A stretch of DNA of 60,561 nucleotides, filler included. It is 7 parts of 7 records of this genome, joined end to end, with 100 filler letters (N's around TTAATTAATTAA, not from the genome) between each part and the next. Parts side by side here need not be neighbours in the genome. Positions count along the whole stretch, not along the records: positions 7,939 to 23,928 come from SRR31156797_32331; 6 more parts are not named here. One strand, given 5' to 3'. Both the position numbers and the translations under genes were made by a program. Shown piece after piece: positions 9,541 to 18,365 of the stretch (within the stretch, counting starts at the first letter, position 1; every line of letters starts with the position of its first letter). Under the pieces are notes generated by a model. That model was given only the letters and a program-made list of their open reading frames with translations. It had not been told where the DNA came from and did no database searches.

Positions 9541-10653
9541 ATGCAAGCAGCAACATCTCAAGCAACACATAATTTCGCAAAAAAATTTTCTAACTACAAA
9601 GACTTTTATATTCACAATAATAATTTAATATTTTCAAAGTTAGGACTTGGAACTTTTAATAAAGAACCATATAAAGAAGAGAACTATGTTTTTCATTATA
9701 TTGAAGGTGTAAAAGCAGCAATTAGAAATGGTATAAACTTAATAGATACTGCAAGTAATTATAGATATGGACAAAGTGAAAAAGAGATAGGGATTGCTCT
9801 TAAAGAGTTAATGGACGAAAATGAGATAATTAGAGAAGAATTAATAATCTGTTCAAAGGGTGGATTTATCCAACTTGATTACCCTTTTCCTGAAGACCCA
9901 TATAAATGGATTGATGAAAATATCATAAAAACAAAACTTGCAACAATAGAAGATATAGAACTTGACCAACACTGCTTCAGTGCAGATTTTATAGAGTGGT
10001 CATGTAAAAAATCTTTGGAAAATATAGGTATTGATTGCTTTGACATCTATTATCTACATAATCCAGAGATTCAATTAATGAAACTAGGTAAAACAAAATT
10101 CCTTAAAAGAGTAGAATCAGTTTTTAAAAGATTTGAAAAAATGGCTGATATGGGACTTATAAAATATTATGGAGTTGCTACTTGGAACGGTTTTATAAAT
10201 GATAGATTATCAGATGAACTTTTAAATCTTGAAGACTTTGTTGAAATAGCTCAAAAAGTTGCTGGAGATAACCATAGATTTAAATATATTCAAACTCCAT
10301 TTAACATAGGTAAAACATCTATGTACTCTTTACCTACACAAAAAGTAAATGGTGAAGATTGTTCTTTAGTTCAAGCAGCTTACAGATTGGATATTGGGAT
10401 TATTTCAAGTTCATCTTTACTTCAAATGAATCTATTTAAAAAATCATTTAATCCAGAAACTGGTTACTTACTTGACCCAAAAATGGTTTTAAAAAATGAT
10501 ATACAATTGGCTTTACAATTTGTTCGTTCAACACCAGGGGTTATTAGCTCTTTATTTGCATCAAAAGCTCCTATTCATATCAAAGAAAACCTTGAGATTA
10601 CAAAAATCAAAGCAACGCCTAGAGCAAACTATGATTTAATGTATCGAGTTTAA
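9541..10653 (+). CDS. Aldo/keto reductase
   Basis: LGLGT, IDTASNY, ICSKGG and DIYYLHNP motifs. Confidence 0.88.
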   Translation: MQAATSQATHNFAKKFSNYKDFYIHNNNLIFSKLGLGTFNKEPYKEENYVFHYIEGVKAAIRNGINLIDTASNYRYGQSEKEIGIALKELMDENEIIREELIICSKGGFIQLDYPFPEDPYKWIDENIIKTKLATIEDIELDQHCFSADFIEWSCKKSLENIGIDCFDIYYLHNPEIQLMKLGKTKFLKRVESVFKRFEKMADMGLIKYYGVATWNGFINDRLSDELLNLEDFVEIAQKVAGDNHRFKYIQTPFNIGKTSMYSLPTQKVNGEDCSLVQAAYRLDIGIISSSSLLQMNLFKKSFNPETGYLLDPKMVLKNDIQLALQFVRSTPGVISSLFASKAPIHIKENLEITKIKATPRANYDLMYRV

Positions 10654-10662
10654 GAGGTATTC

Positions 10663-12309
10663 ATGATATATGATGTAATAGTTGTTGGTGGGGGTATTGC
10701 AGGACTGATGGCTGCAATTGAAGCAAAAACAGAAACAAACAAAGTAGCAATTATCACAAAAGGAAATATCTTTAAATCAAACTCTGCTATGGCAAGTGGT
10801 GGGATAAATGCTGTATTGGACCCTGAAGATAAAGATTCAATCGAGTCTCATATTGAAGATACATTTAAATCTTCAAAAGGTTTAGCAGATAGAAAAAGTA
10901 TCACATACATGTGTAAAAGAGCATCTGAGATAATCTCAAAACTTGTAAGTTATGGAGTACCTTTTGATAGAGATGACAAGGGTAATATTGCGCAAAGACC
11001 ATTTGGTGGAGCAGGGATAAACAGAACCTGTTATGTTGGAGATAAAACCGGTGGGGCAATTACACAAGCTTTAATAAAAAAAGCAAAAGATATTGGTATA
11101 AAATTTCTTGTAAATACCTATGTGATGAACTTAGCAACTCATGAAAATAAAATCTGTGGAGTTATTGCACTTAGAAAAATAGATTCTACTGTTCTTGTTT
11201 ATCCTGCAAAATCAGTAGTTTTAGCAGGTGGTGGATATGCAGGGATATTTAGAGGCAATTCTACAAATGCACAAGATTATACAGGTGATTTACTTGCAGT
11301 TGCACTCAGAGTTGGTTTAGCCCTAAAAGATATGGAGTTTATCCAATTTCACCCAACTGGAATTGCAAAAACCAACTACCTTGTAACTGAAGCTGCAAGG
11401 GGAGAGGGTGGTTACCTTATAAATAGCGATGGGGAAAGGTTTGTAAATGAACTTGATACAAGAGATAAAATTGCAAAAGCTATTTTAGAGCAAAAACAAA
11501 AAGGGCAAAAAGTTTATATAGACCTAAGACATTTAGGGTTAGAAGAGATACAAAAAAAACTTCCTTCACTTTATACAGTTGCATTTAATCAAGTTGGGAT
11601 CGATATTAGCACTGAATTATTGGAGATAAAACCTGTAGCTCATTATACAATGGGTGGAGTAGATTGCAATATGACAGAAACTAAAATTGCAGGTTTATTT
11701 GTATGTGGAGAGATGGCTGCAAATGGGATTCATGGAGCAAATAGACTTGGAGGAAACTCATTACTAGAAGGTACAGTATTTGGGGAACTAGCAGGTAAAA
11801 AGGCTTTAGATTATACAAAAATTACAGACTTTCAACCTATTGATTACAATGATGTAATTAAAGATATTATGATAGTTGATAAAATTTTTGCAGGAGAAAC
11901 ATCAAAAAACTTTAATGCAATCAGAATTTCACTTGGAAACTCTATGTTTAATGATGTAGGAATAATTAGAAGTAAAGAAAGCCTAGTTAAAGCTTTTGAT
12001 TACGCTAAATATCTAAGAAATCAATCTTACTCTTTACATTGCATAAGTAAAGAAAGAAGAAATAATGTTGAATTAATCTCTATTTTAGAGTTAAGAAATG
12101 CACTAGAAGTTTCTGAAGCTGTAATCTTAGCAGCTAAAAAAAGAAAAGAGAGTAGAGGTGCACACCATAGAAGTGATTATGAAAACACTGAAGAAAAATA
12201 TCAAAAACATCTTTTAATAAGAGAGGTAAAAAAAGGTTACTTCAAAATTGAATTTGAAGAAAAAGACCTACTAAATAGATTTAGGAATTTAATTTTAAAT
12301 AAGGAGTAA
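10663..12309 (+). CDS. FAD-dependent oxidoreductase, SdhA/FrdA/NadB family
   Basis: GGGIAG, QFHPT, TEAARGEGG, HYTMGG, HGANRLGGNSL and ESRGAH motifs; no sdhB/C nearby. Confidence 0.85.
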   Translation: MIYDVIVVGGGIAGLMAAIEAKTETNKVAIITKGNIFKSNSAMASGGINAVLDPEDKDSIESHIEDTFKSSKGLADRKSITYMCKRASEIISKLVSYGVPFDRDDKGNIAQRPFGGAGINRTCYVGDKTGGAITQALIKKAKDIGIKFLVNTYVMNLATHENKICGVIALRKIDSTVLVYPAKSVVLAGGGYAGIFRGNSTNAQDYTGDLLAVALRVGLALKDMEFIQFHPTGIAKTNYLVTEAARGEGGYLINSDGERFVNELDTRDKIAKAILEQKQKGQKVYIDLRHLGLEEIQKKLPSLYTVAFNQVGIDISTELLEIKPVAHYTMGGVDCNMTETKIAGLFVCGEMAANGIHGANRLGGNSLLEGTVFGELAGKKALDYTKITDFQPIDYNDVIKDIMIVDKIFAGETSKNFNAIRISLGNSMFNDVGIIRSKESLVKAFDYAKYLRNQSYSLHCISKERRNNVELISILELRNALEVSEAVILAAKKRKESRGAHHRSDYENTEEKYQKHLLIREVKKGYFKIEFEEKDLLNRFRNLILNKE

Positions 12310-12311
12310 AA

Positions 12312-12521
12312 ATGGCAAAAGTAATGCTTAGAGAAGACAATGGTGTAATATATTTTTATGTTGCAAAAAAAGATATGGAAGAAACAATAGAGACTCTAGA
12401 GTTTGATAGTGAAAATGAATGGGGTGGAGAAGTTGAACTTTCAAATGGGGAAACTTGGTGGATTCAACCAGGTCCCAAAAACTTACCAAAAGAAGAAGTT
12501 TGCAAAAAAATTGCTGACTAG
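12312..12521 (+). CDS. nifT: NifT/FixU
   Basis: KVMLR...YVAKKDMEE...WGGEVELSNG..W motif; 69 aa. Confidence 0.88.
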   Translation: MAKVMLREDNGVIYFYVAKKDMEETIETLEFDSENEWGGEVELSNGETWWIQPGPKNLPKEEVCKKIAD

Positions 12522-12533
12522 TCATTCATTACT

Positions 12534-12569
12534 GGGTATTTTATACACATAAATAACTATAAAATACCC
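12534..12569. promoter_or_regulatory. 12-bp perfect inverted repeat between nifT and nifA (terminator or operator)
   Basis: GGGTATTTTATA-N12-TATAAAATACCC. Confidence 0.5.
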
Positions 12570-12637
12570 TTAAATTTATATTATAATATATACTAATTAT
12601 ACAGTCTTAATTTTCAAACTACAAAAGGAGTTCAAAA

Positions 12638-14185
12638 ATGGCATTAATGGATAAATCTGCATGTGAGCTATGTTTAACTACAAAAGAATTAACAACATTA
12701 TATGATATAGCATTAATCATGGCAAACAATTATGATTTAAAAACATCTCTTGAGAAATCAATGAGAATATTGAAAAACTCTCTACATTTGACAAACTGTA
12801 CAGTACATCTTCTTGAAGAAGAAGAGCTTTCAGTATTTGCCTCAGCAGAACTCTCAACAATACAAAAAAAACTTGCATCTTATAAGTTGGGTGAAGGAGT
12901 AACTGGTGTTGCTGCTGAATCAAAAGAACCTGTAGTAGTAGAAAATATCCATAGTGATTCATTATTTTTAAATAAGTCTGGAAAAAAAGATTTTAATAAT
13001 CTTTCTTATGTAGCTGTACCTCTTTTAGTAGAGGATGAAACAATTGGTGTATTAGGTGCCGCATTAACAAAAACTACAGAGATTGGATTTGAAGACTGTG
13101 TTAGGATATTGACAATTATTGCATCAATATTTGCACAATCTATCTATTCGTTCCAATTAAACAACAGAGAAAAAGAGAGATTAAAAGAATTGAAACTTTA
13201 TTATAAAATGGAGTGGGATTCAAAAGTTCACAACTTTGGTGATATTATTGGGGATAGCCCTAAAATGGAACAGGTTTTCCAAATAATCCAAAGAATTGCA
13301 CAATCAGATGTAACAGTTTTAGTAAGGGGAGAAACTGGAACAGGTAAAGAATTAGTGGCTGCTGCTATTCACAAAAGAAGTAAAAGACAAGATGAACCAT
13401 TTATTAAATTAAATTGTGCCGCAATTACAGATACCCTACTTGAAAGTGAACTTTTTGGTCATGAAAAAGGTGCCTTTACCGATGCAAGAGAAACAAGAAA
13501 AGGTAGATTTGAATTAGCAGATGGCGGAACACTATTTTTAGATGAGATAGGAGATATTTCTGCTTCTGCACAAGTAAAATTATTAAGAGTTTTACAAGAA
13601 AGAGAGTTTGAAAGAGTTGGGGGAAGTAAAACAATAAAAGTAAATGTTAGACTTGTTGCAGCAACAAACCGAAACCTAGAACAAATGGTAAAAGATGGTA
13701 AGTTTAGAGAAGATTTATATTATAGACTAAATGTTATACCTATTGACTTACCACCAGTAAGAGAAAGGGGAGATGATATTAGACAACTTGTTGAATTCTT
13801 CCTTGAAAGAGCAATTAGGAACCATAAAAAAAGAGTTACTATCACAGAAGAAGCTATGAGTATATTGCAAAACTATCCATGGCCAGGAAATGTACGAGAA
13901 CTTGAAAATACCATAGAAAGAATTGTATTGATGGGTACAGAGACAGGTATTACAAAAATGGATATGTTGTTATTACTTCCTGCACTTAATGATATTAATC
14001 TAAAAAAAGAGTACAAAACTATTCCTATGGAGAATAAAACTCTTGAAGAGATTGAAAAAGAAGCTATTGAAACAGCATTGGAGAATAATAATTTCAATCA
14101 ATCACATGCAGCAAAAGAGTTAGGAATCACACTTAGACAAATCGGCTATAAAATTAAAAAATATGGGATTTCAAATGAAATATAA
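12638..14185 (+). CDS. nifA: NifA-type sigma54 activator (GAF-AAA+-HTH)
   Basis: N-terminal GAF, GETGTGKE, ESELFGHEKGAFTDA, WPGNVRELEN and a NifA-like HTH (LGITLRQIGYKIKK); nif context. Confidence 0.85.
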   Translation: MALMDKSACELCLTTKELTTLYDIALIMANNYDLKTSLEKSMRILKNSLHLTNCTVHLLEEEELSVFASAELSTIQKKLASYKLGEGVTGVAAESKEPVVVENIHSDSLFLNKSGKKDFNNLSYVAVPLLVEDETIGVLGAALTKTTEIGFEDCVRILTIIASIFAQSIYSFQLNNREKERLKELKLYYKMEWDSKVHNFGDIIGDSPKMEQVFQIIQRIAQSDVTVLVRGETGTGKELVAAAIHKRSKRQDEPFIKLNCAAITDTLLESELFGHEKGAFTDARETRKGRFELADGGTLFLDEIGDISASAQVKLLRVLQEREFERVGGSKTIKVNVRLVAATNRNLEQMVKDGKFREDLYYRLNVIPIDLPPVRERGDDIRQLVEFFLERAIRNHKKRVTITEEAMSILQNYPWPGNVRELENTIERIVLMGTETGITKMDMLLLLPALNDINLKKEYKTIPMENKTLEEIEKEAIETALENNNFNQSHAAKELGITLRQIGYKIKKYGISNEI

Positions 14186-14684
14186 AAATGAAACCTTTGA
14201 GATTACAGATGAGATTATAGATATTGGCTATATGGCAGAAGATGTTGATGTAGAAGATATTCAAGAAAAAGAATTTACAATAAAAAAAGCAAGTTCAAAC
14301 AGAATGATTCAAATCTTTTTTTCATTTCCTAATTTCGAAGATTTCAAAAAAGAGATTCTTGAAATTGATAATTTTATGGCAGATGCACAAATAGAAATCT
14401 TTACTTATATCTTTTTTGAAAAGAGTCTAGATTTACCCAATTTTAAAAAACTAATTCCCGTTTTTGATATAAATGATGAGTTTGGTGACATGTACGGAAC
14501 GAAAATTGTAAGTGGTACTTTTGAGAATAAATTAACAAAAGCTCTATTTATAATTGGAAAAGATGGAGCTATTTATCATATTGATATACCAGAAGACTTA
14601 GAAACTCCCCTGAATATGGATAGAGTTAGAGTTGAATTAAACAAGGTATATCAATCCTACACGGGAGTTGGTTGTCATGGATGA
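14175..14684 (+). CDS. Thiol-peroxidase/redoxin-fold protein lacking catalytic Cys
   Basis: EFGDMYG...LTKALFIIGKDGAIYH resembles the Tpx C-terminal half; the only Cys is in the C-terminal GVGCHG. Confidence 0.55.
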   Translation: MKYKNETFEITDEIIDIGYMAEDVDVEDIQEKEFTIKKASSNRMIQIFFSFPNFEDFKKEILEIDNFMADAQIEIFTYIFFEKSLDLPNFKKLIPVFDINDEFGDMYGTKIVSGTFENKLTKALFIIGKDGAIYHIDIPEDLETPLNMDRVRVELNKVYQSYTGVGCHG

Positions 14685-15504
14685 TATAGTTGAAAAGTTA
14701 AAAAATGGTTCCTTAATACCATTTTTAGGAATGGGAGTCTTTGAAGGAACACTTGCTAATGATGGAACATCTCTACCATTTGATAGTGACTCAATGATTC
14801 TTGCCTTAAATAATGGAAGAGCAATGAGCCCTAGACTTATGTATGAATATAGTCGTGCAGCGATGAGTTTAGAACAAAGAAAAGGTAGAGAATTTATCAT
14901 ACAAATGACAAATCATATCTACAGTTCAAAAGAGTATGAACTACCAAAAGTATTTACTTGGTTAAAAGAGTTTAAACCTAAATATGTGATAGATACTACA
15001 TTGGACGATTCATTACAAAAAATATATGATGATTGTGACCACTTTCTTATTACTGGAGTATCAAGAATAACTGCTGATTACGACAGATTTATAATCTACA
15101 AATATGAAGTTTCAAAAGGTGAATATACAAAAGTAGAAAAAGAGGCATTAAGTCTTGATTTTCCTATTTTATTTAAACCTATGGGTTCGACTAAACCTGA
15201 AATGAATTTTATCATCTCTGATGCTGATTTTGTTGATTGGTTAACAGAAGCTATGGGAGGTTATGCAATACCTCCAATCTTAAAAGATTATAGAAAAGAT
15301 AAAGAATATTTATTTATGGGTGTTGACTTTTCTAGAGATACTTTTAGAATGGTAGCAAATGAAGTAACAATTGGTCTTAAAGGTGGACTTACACTTTTAA
15401 ATAAAGAAGAATTAACAAAAAAAGAGGAAAAATTTATCAAAACTCACTTATTAGAAAATATGAATATGAGCATTGATGAATTCATAAATAACTATGGAAA
15501 ATAA
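14677..15504 (+). CDS. SIR2-like (SIR2_2) protein
   Basis: LIPFLGMGV, VIDTTLD, LFKPMGS and LFMGVDF correspond to the sirtuin-like GAG, TTNYD, KxHG and LFLGYS motifs. Confidence 0.7.
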   Translation: MDDIVEKLKNGSLIPFLGMGVFEGTLANDGTSLPFDSDSMILALNNGRAMSPRLMYEYSRAAMSLEQRKGREFIIQMTNHIYSSKEYELPKVFTWLKEFKPKYVIDTTLDDSLQKIYDDCDHFLITGVSRITADYDRFIIYKYEVSKGEYTKVEKEALSLDFPILFKPMGSTKPEMNFIISDADFVDWLTEAMGGYAIPPILKDYRKDKEYLFMGVDFSRDTFRMVANEVTIGLKGGLTLLNKEELTKKEEKFIKTHLLENMNMSIDEFINNYGK

Positions 15505-16747
15505 AAATAGCACATGTGATTTCTGCGGGAAACAAATAAAAGAAGTTAAAAAGATATTTAGTAGTGAAGCTGCACATATTTGTGATGAATGTGTATCAAT
15601 GTGTTCAACAGTTTTAGAAAAAGAAGCAATTCAAACATCTAAAAAAGAGTTCCAAAAGGGACTAAATGTTCCAATGAAAATCAAAGAACATTTAGACGAA
15701 TATGTAATTGGTCAAGATGATGCAAAAAAAGTTCTTGCAGTTGCTTTATATAATCACTATAAAAGAATTGATAAACCTATTATAAAAAATGTTGAAATTG
15801 AAAAATCTAACATAATGCTTGTAGGACCTACAGGTTCAGGTAAAACTCTTTTAGCTAAATCCTTAGCTAGAATCATGGATGTACCTTTTGCAGTTGCAGA
15901 TGCAACAGCATTAACAGAAGCTGGTTATGTTGGTGAAGATGTTGAATCTATTCTTTCAAGACTACTTGCTGCTGCTGATTTTGATATAGAAAAAGCAAAA
16001 AGAGGTATTATCTATATAGATGAAATTGATAAAATTGCTAACAAAAGTGAAAGTGCTACAAGTGGTAGAGATGTAAGTGGAGAGGGAGTTCAACAAGGAC
16101 TTCTAAAAATCTTAGAGGGTGCAGATGTTTATGTTCCTGTAAAAGGAAGTAGAAAAAACTCAACTGCTGAAACTGTACTATTTGATACTACTCATGTTTT
16201 ATTTATCTGTGGTGGGGCTTTTGTTGGTCTTAGAAAAGATAAAGAGAAAGAAAAAGCTTCAGTTATGGGTTTTGTAAATGGTAAAGATAAAGAGGAAGAA
16301 AAAAAAGAAATAGAGCCAAAAGAGCTTATCAACTTTGGTCTTATTCCAGAATTTATGGGAAGAATTCCTGTAATTGCAGAACTTGATAAATTATCTAAAG
16401 AGGATTTAGTAAGAGTTCTAAAAGAACCTAAAAATGCAATTACTAAACAGTATGAGATATTATTTGAACTTGATGGAGTTGACTTAAGTTTTAGTGATGA
16501 TGCATTAGATGAGATTGCAGAAATTGCAGTTGAAAAAGATGTTGGGGCAAGAGGACTTAGAGGTATTATTGAAAAAATAATGTTACCTTTACAATATACA
16601 ATTCCATCAGAAAAAAACTTAGACACATGTACTATTACAAGAGATTATATAAATAAAGAAAAAGAAATCGAGTTAACTTACAAAAAAGAATCGGATAAAA
16701 AAACATCGGATACAAAAGAGATTAACTACAATGACCTTAAAAAATAA
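15494..16747 (+). CDS. clpX: ClpX ATPase (nif-associated copy)
   Basis: C4 zinc finger, GPTGSGKT, GYVG, IDEIDK and RDVSGEGVQQ motifs; no clpP adjacent. Confidence 0.92.
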   Translation: MENKNSTCDFCGKQIKEVKKIFSSEAAHICDECVSMCSTVLEKEAIQTSKKEFQKGLNVPMKIKEHLDEYVIGQDDAKKVLAVALYNHYKRIDKPIIKNVEIEKSNIMLVGPTGSGKTLLAKSLARIMDVPFAVADATALTEAGYVGEDVESILSRLLAAADFDIEKAKRGIIYIDEIDKIANKSESATSGRDVSGEGVQQGLLKILEGADVYVPVKGSRKNSTAETVLFDTTHVLFICGGAFVGLRKDKEKEKASVMGFVNGKDKEEEKKEIEPKELINFGLIPEFMGRIPVIAELDKLSKEDLVRVLKEPKNAITKQYEILFELDGVDLSFSDDALDEIAEIAVEKDVGARGLRGIIEKIMLPLQYTIPSEKNLDTCTITRDYINKEKEIELTYKKESDKKTSDTKEINYNDLKK

Positions 16748-17195
16748 TCTAGAGATTTATATTGCTGAACCAAAGGATATAAAATCCTTGGTTCTTCTAC
16801 TTAAACAACTATTTGAAATAGAAAAAGACTTCAAATTTGATGAAGAAACACACAAAAAAGGCTTAAGCTTACTTCTAAAAAAAGATGAAGCAATAATAGT
16901 CATAGCTAAATTTAAAAATGAAATTGTTGCTATGGTAACAATGCAAACTATTATATCTACAGCAGTTGGAGCAAAAACTGGTCTTATTGAAGATTTTATT
17001 GTATGTGAAGGTTTTAGAAATATGAGTATAGGAACTTACCTTTTTGAATTTTTAAAAATCTATGCAAAAAAACATCAAATAAAAAGATTGCAGCTAGTAT
17101 GTGATAACGATAATACAAATGCAAAAGAGTTTTATACAAAAAAATCATTTAAAAAATCTAACCTCAGCGCTTGGTATAAGCATTTACTAGACTAA
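16731..17195 (+). CDS. GNAT acetyltransferase
   Basis: FRNMSIG acetyl-CoA motif and NTNAKEFYTKKSF. Confidence 0.8.
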   Translation: MTLKNNLEIYIAEPKDIKSLVLLLKQLFEIEKDFKFDEETHKKGLSLLLKKDEAIIVIAKFKNEIVAMVTMQTIISTAVGAKTGLIEDFIVCEGFRNMSIGTYLFEFLKIYAKKHQIKRLQLVCDNDNTNAKEFYTKKSFKKSNLSAWYKHLLD

Positions 17196-17211
17196 AGGAA
17201 TAGTTCTTGCA
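17196..17211 (+). promoter_or_regulatory. sigma54 -24/-12 promoter of ferredoxin
   Basis: AGGAATAGTTCTTGCA, GG-N10-GC. Confidence 0.65.
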
Positions 17212-17247
17212 AATATTTTTTTAGAATTTTATAGTGAAGGATGAAAA

Positions 17248-17634
17248 ATGGCAGTAAGAATTACAGAAGAGTGTATTAGTTGTGAAGCATGTGCTCCTGA
17301 GTGTCCAGTTGCAGCAATCTTAGAAGAAGGTCATGAAAAGAACCCTTATGATGATTACTTTTATGTAAAACCAGAGTCGTGTGTTGAATGTGTTGATCAT
17401 GCAGATGCACCAAGATGTGCAGAAGCTTGCCCTACTGAAGGAGCTATTGTTTGGGATATGCCTTATACTGCAGAGTTTAATGAATATTATTCAGAAAAAA
17501 ATGAAGAGGGTGTTTATAAAATTAGAGAGCATAAGAAAAAAGGTCTTATGTTACCAGAAGTTAAAGAACAAAAATTTATTGCTGATATCTCTATGGCTGA
17601 CAGAGAAGAAGCAGCAAATGTTCAAGATTTTTAA
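17248..17634 (+). CDS. 2[4Fe-4S] ferredoxin, FdxN-like
   Basis: CISCEACAPECP and CVECVDHADAPRCAEACP, the latter with the long spacer typical of FdxN. Confidence 0.85.
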   Translation: MAVRITEECISCEACAPECPVAAILEEGHEKNPYDDYFYVKPESCVECVDHADAPRCAEACPTEGAIVWDMPYTAEFNEYYSEKNEEGVYKIREHKKKGLMLPEVKEQKFIADISMADREEAANVQDF

Positions 17635-17659
17635 TCTTGAACTTCCATTTTTGTTAGAT

Positions 17660-17687
17660 AATTCATTGGTGATAACACCAATGAATT
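17660..17687. terminator. Hairpin between convergent genes
   Basis: AATTCATTGGTG-ataa-CACCAATGAATT. Confidence 0.65.
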
Positions 17688-17693
17688 TACCTA

Positions 17694-18365
17694 CTAAATC
17701 TCTTTTTTAATAAGTTTATAACCCACTCCTCGAATATTTACAATCATTCCACTTTTTAGTTTCTTTTGAAGTTTATGAATCATACTTCTCATACTAACAG
17801 CTTCCATCTCTTTATTGTCCCAAACATATTCATGAATCATCTCTGAAGTTACTGTTTTGTTTAGATTATTGATAAATAATGTTAAAAGAAGTTTCTCTTT
17901 TTGGGTTAAAACTATCTCGTGGGAATGTTTATATAAAGTTTGGTCTTGAAGATTAAAACTTATTCCAAAACCTAAATCAATAACATCTTTATCTACATCA
18001 TTGTTTAGTATTGTTTTTATATGATATTTTATATGTAGCATCAATTCTTCCAGTTCAAAGGGCTTTTTTAGATAATCATTACAACCTAAATCATAGGCTT
18101 TTGAGATGTTATCAATATCAAGTTGTGCACTTACAATAATAACAGGCAAATTACCCTGAACTTTTCTTATTTGCTCTAAAACTTCATGTCCTGAAAACCC
18201 TGGAACATTTATATCTAAAATATACAAATCATATTTGTTATTTAAAACATGAGTCATAGCATCATAACCATCATCAACACTAGTTACAAAAAAGCCTCTA
18301 TCTTCCAAAGCATTACAAATAAGTCTATTTAATGAAAAATCATCTTCTAATAAAAATATCTTCAT
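17694..18365 (-). CDS. OmpR-family response regulator
   Basis: REC domain (LLEDD, LDINVP, KPF) plus winged HTH (NIRGVGY). Confidence 0.92.
   Translation of the reverse strand: MKIFLLEDDFSLNRLICNALEDRGFFVTSVDDGYDAMTHVLNNKYDLYILDINVPGFSGHEVLEQIRKVQGNLPVIIVSAQLDIDNISKAYDLGCNDYLKKPFELEELMLHIKYHIKTILNNDVDKDVIDLGFGISFNLQDQTLYKHSHEIVLTQKEKLLLTLFINNLNKTVTSEMIHEYVWDNKEMEAVSMRSMIHKLQKKLKSGMIVNIRGVGYKLIKKEI

Noticed and set aside
14677-15504. SIR2 as a Thoeris/DSR-type anti-phage effector
   Set aside because: The context is a nif operon, catalytic motifs are degenerate, and no defence partners are adjacent.
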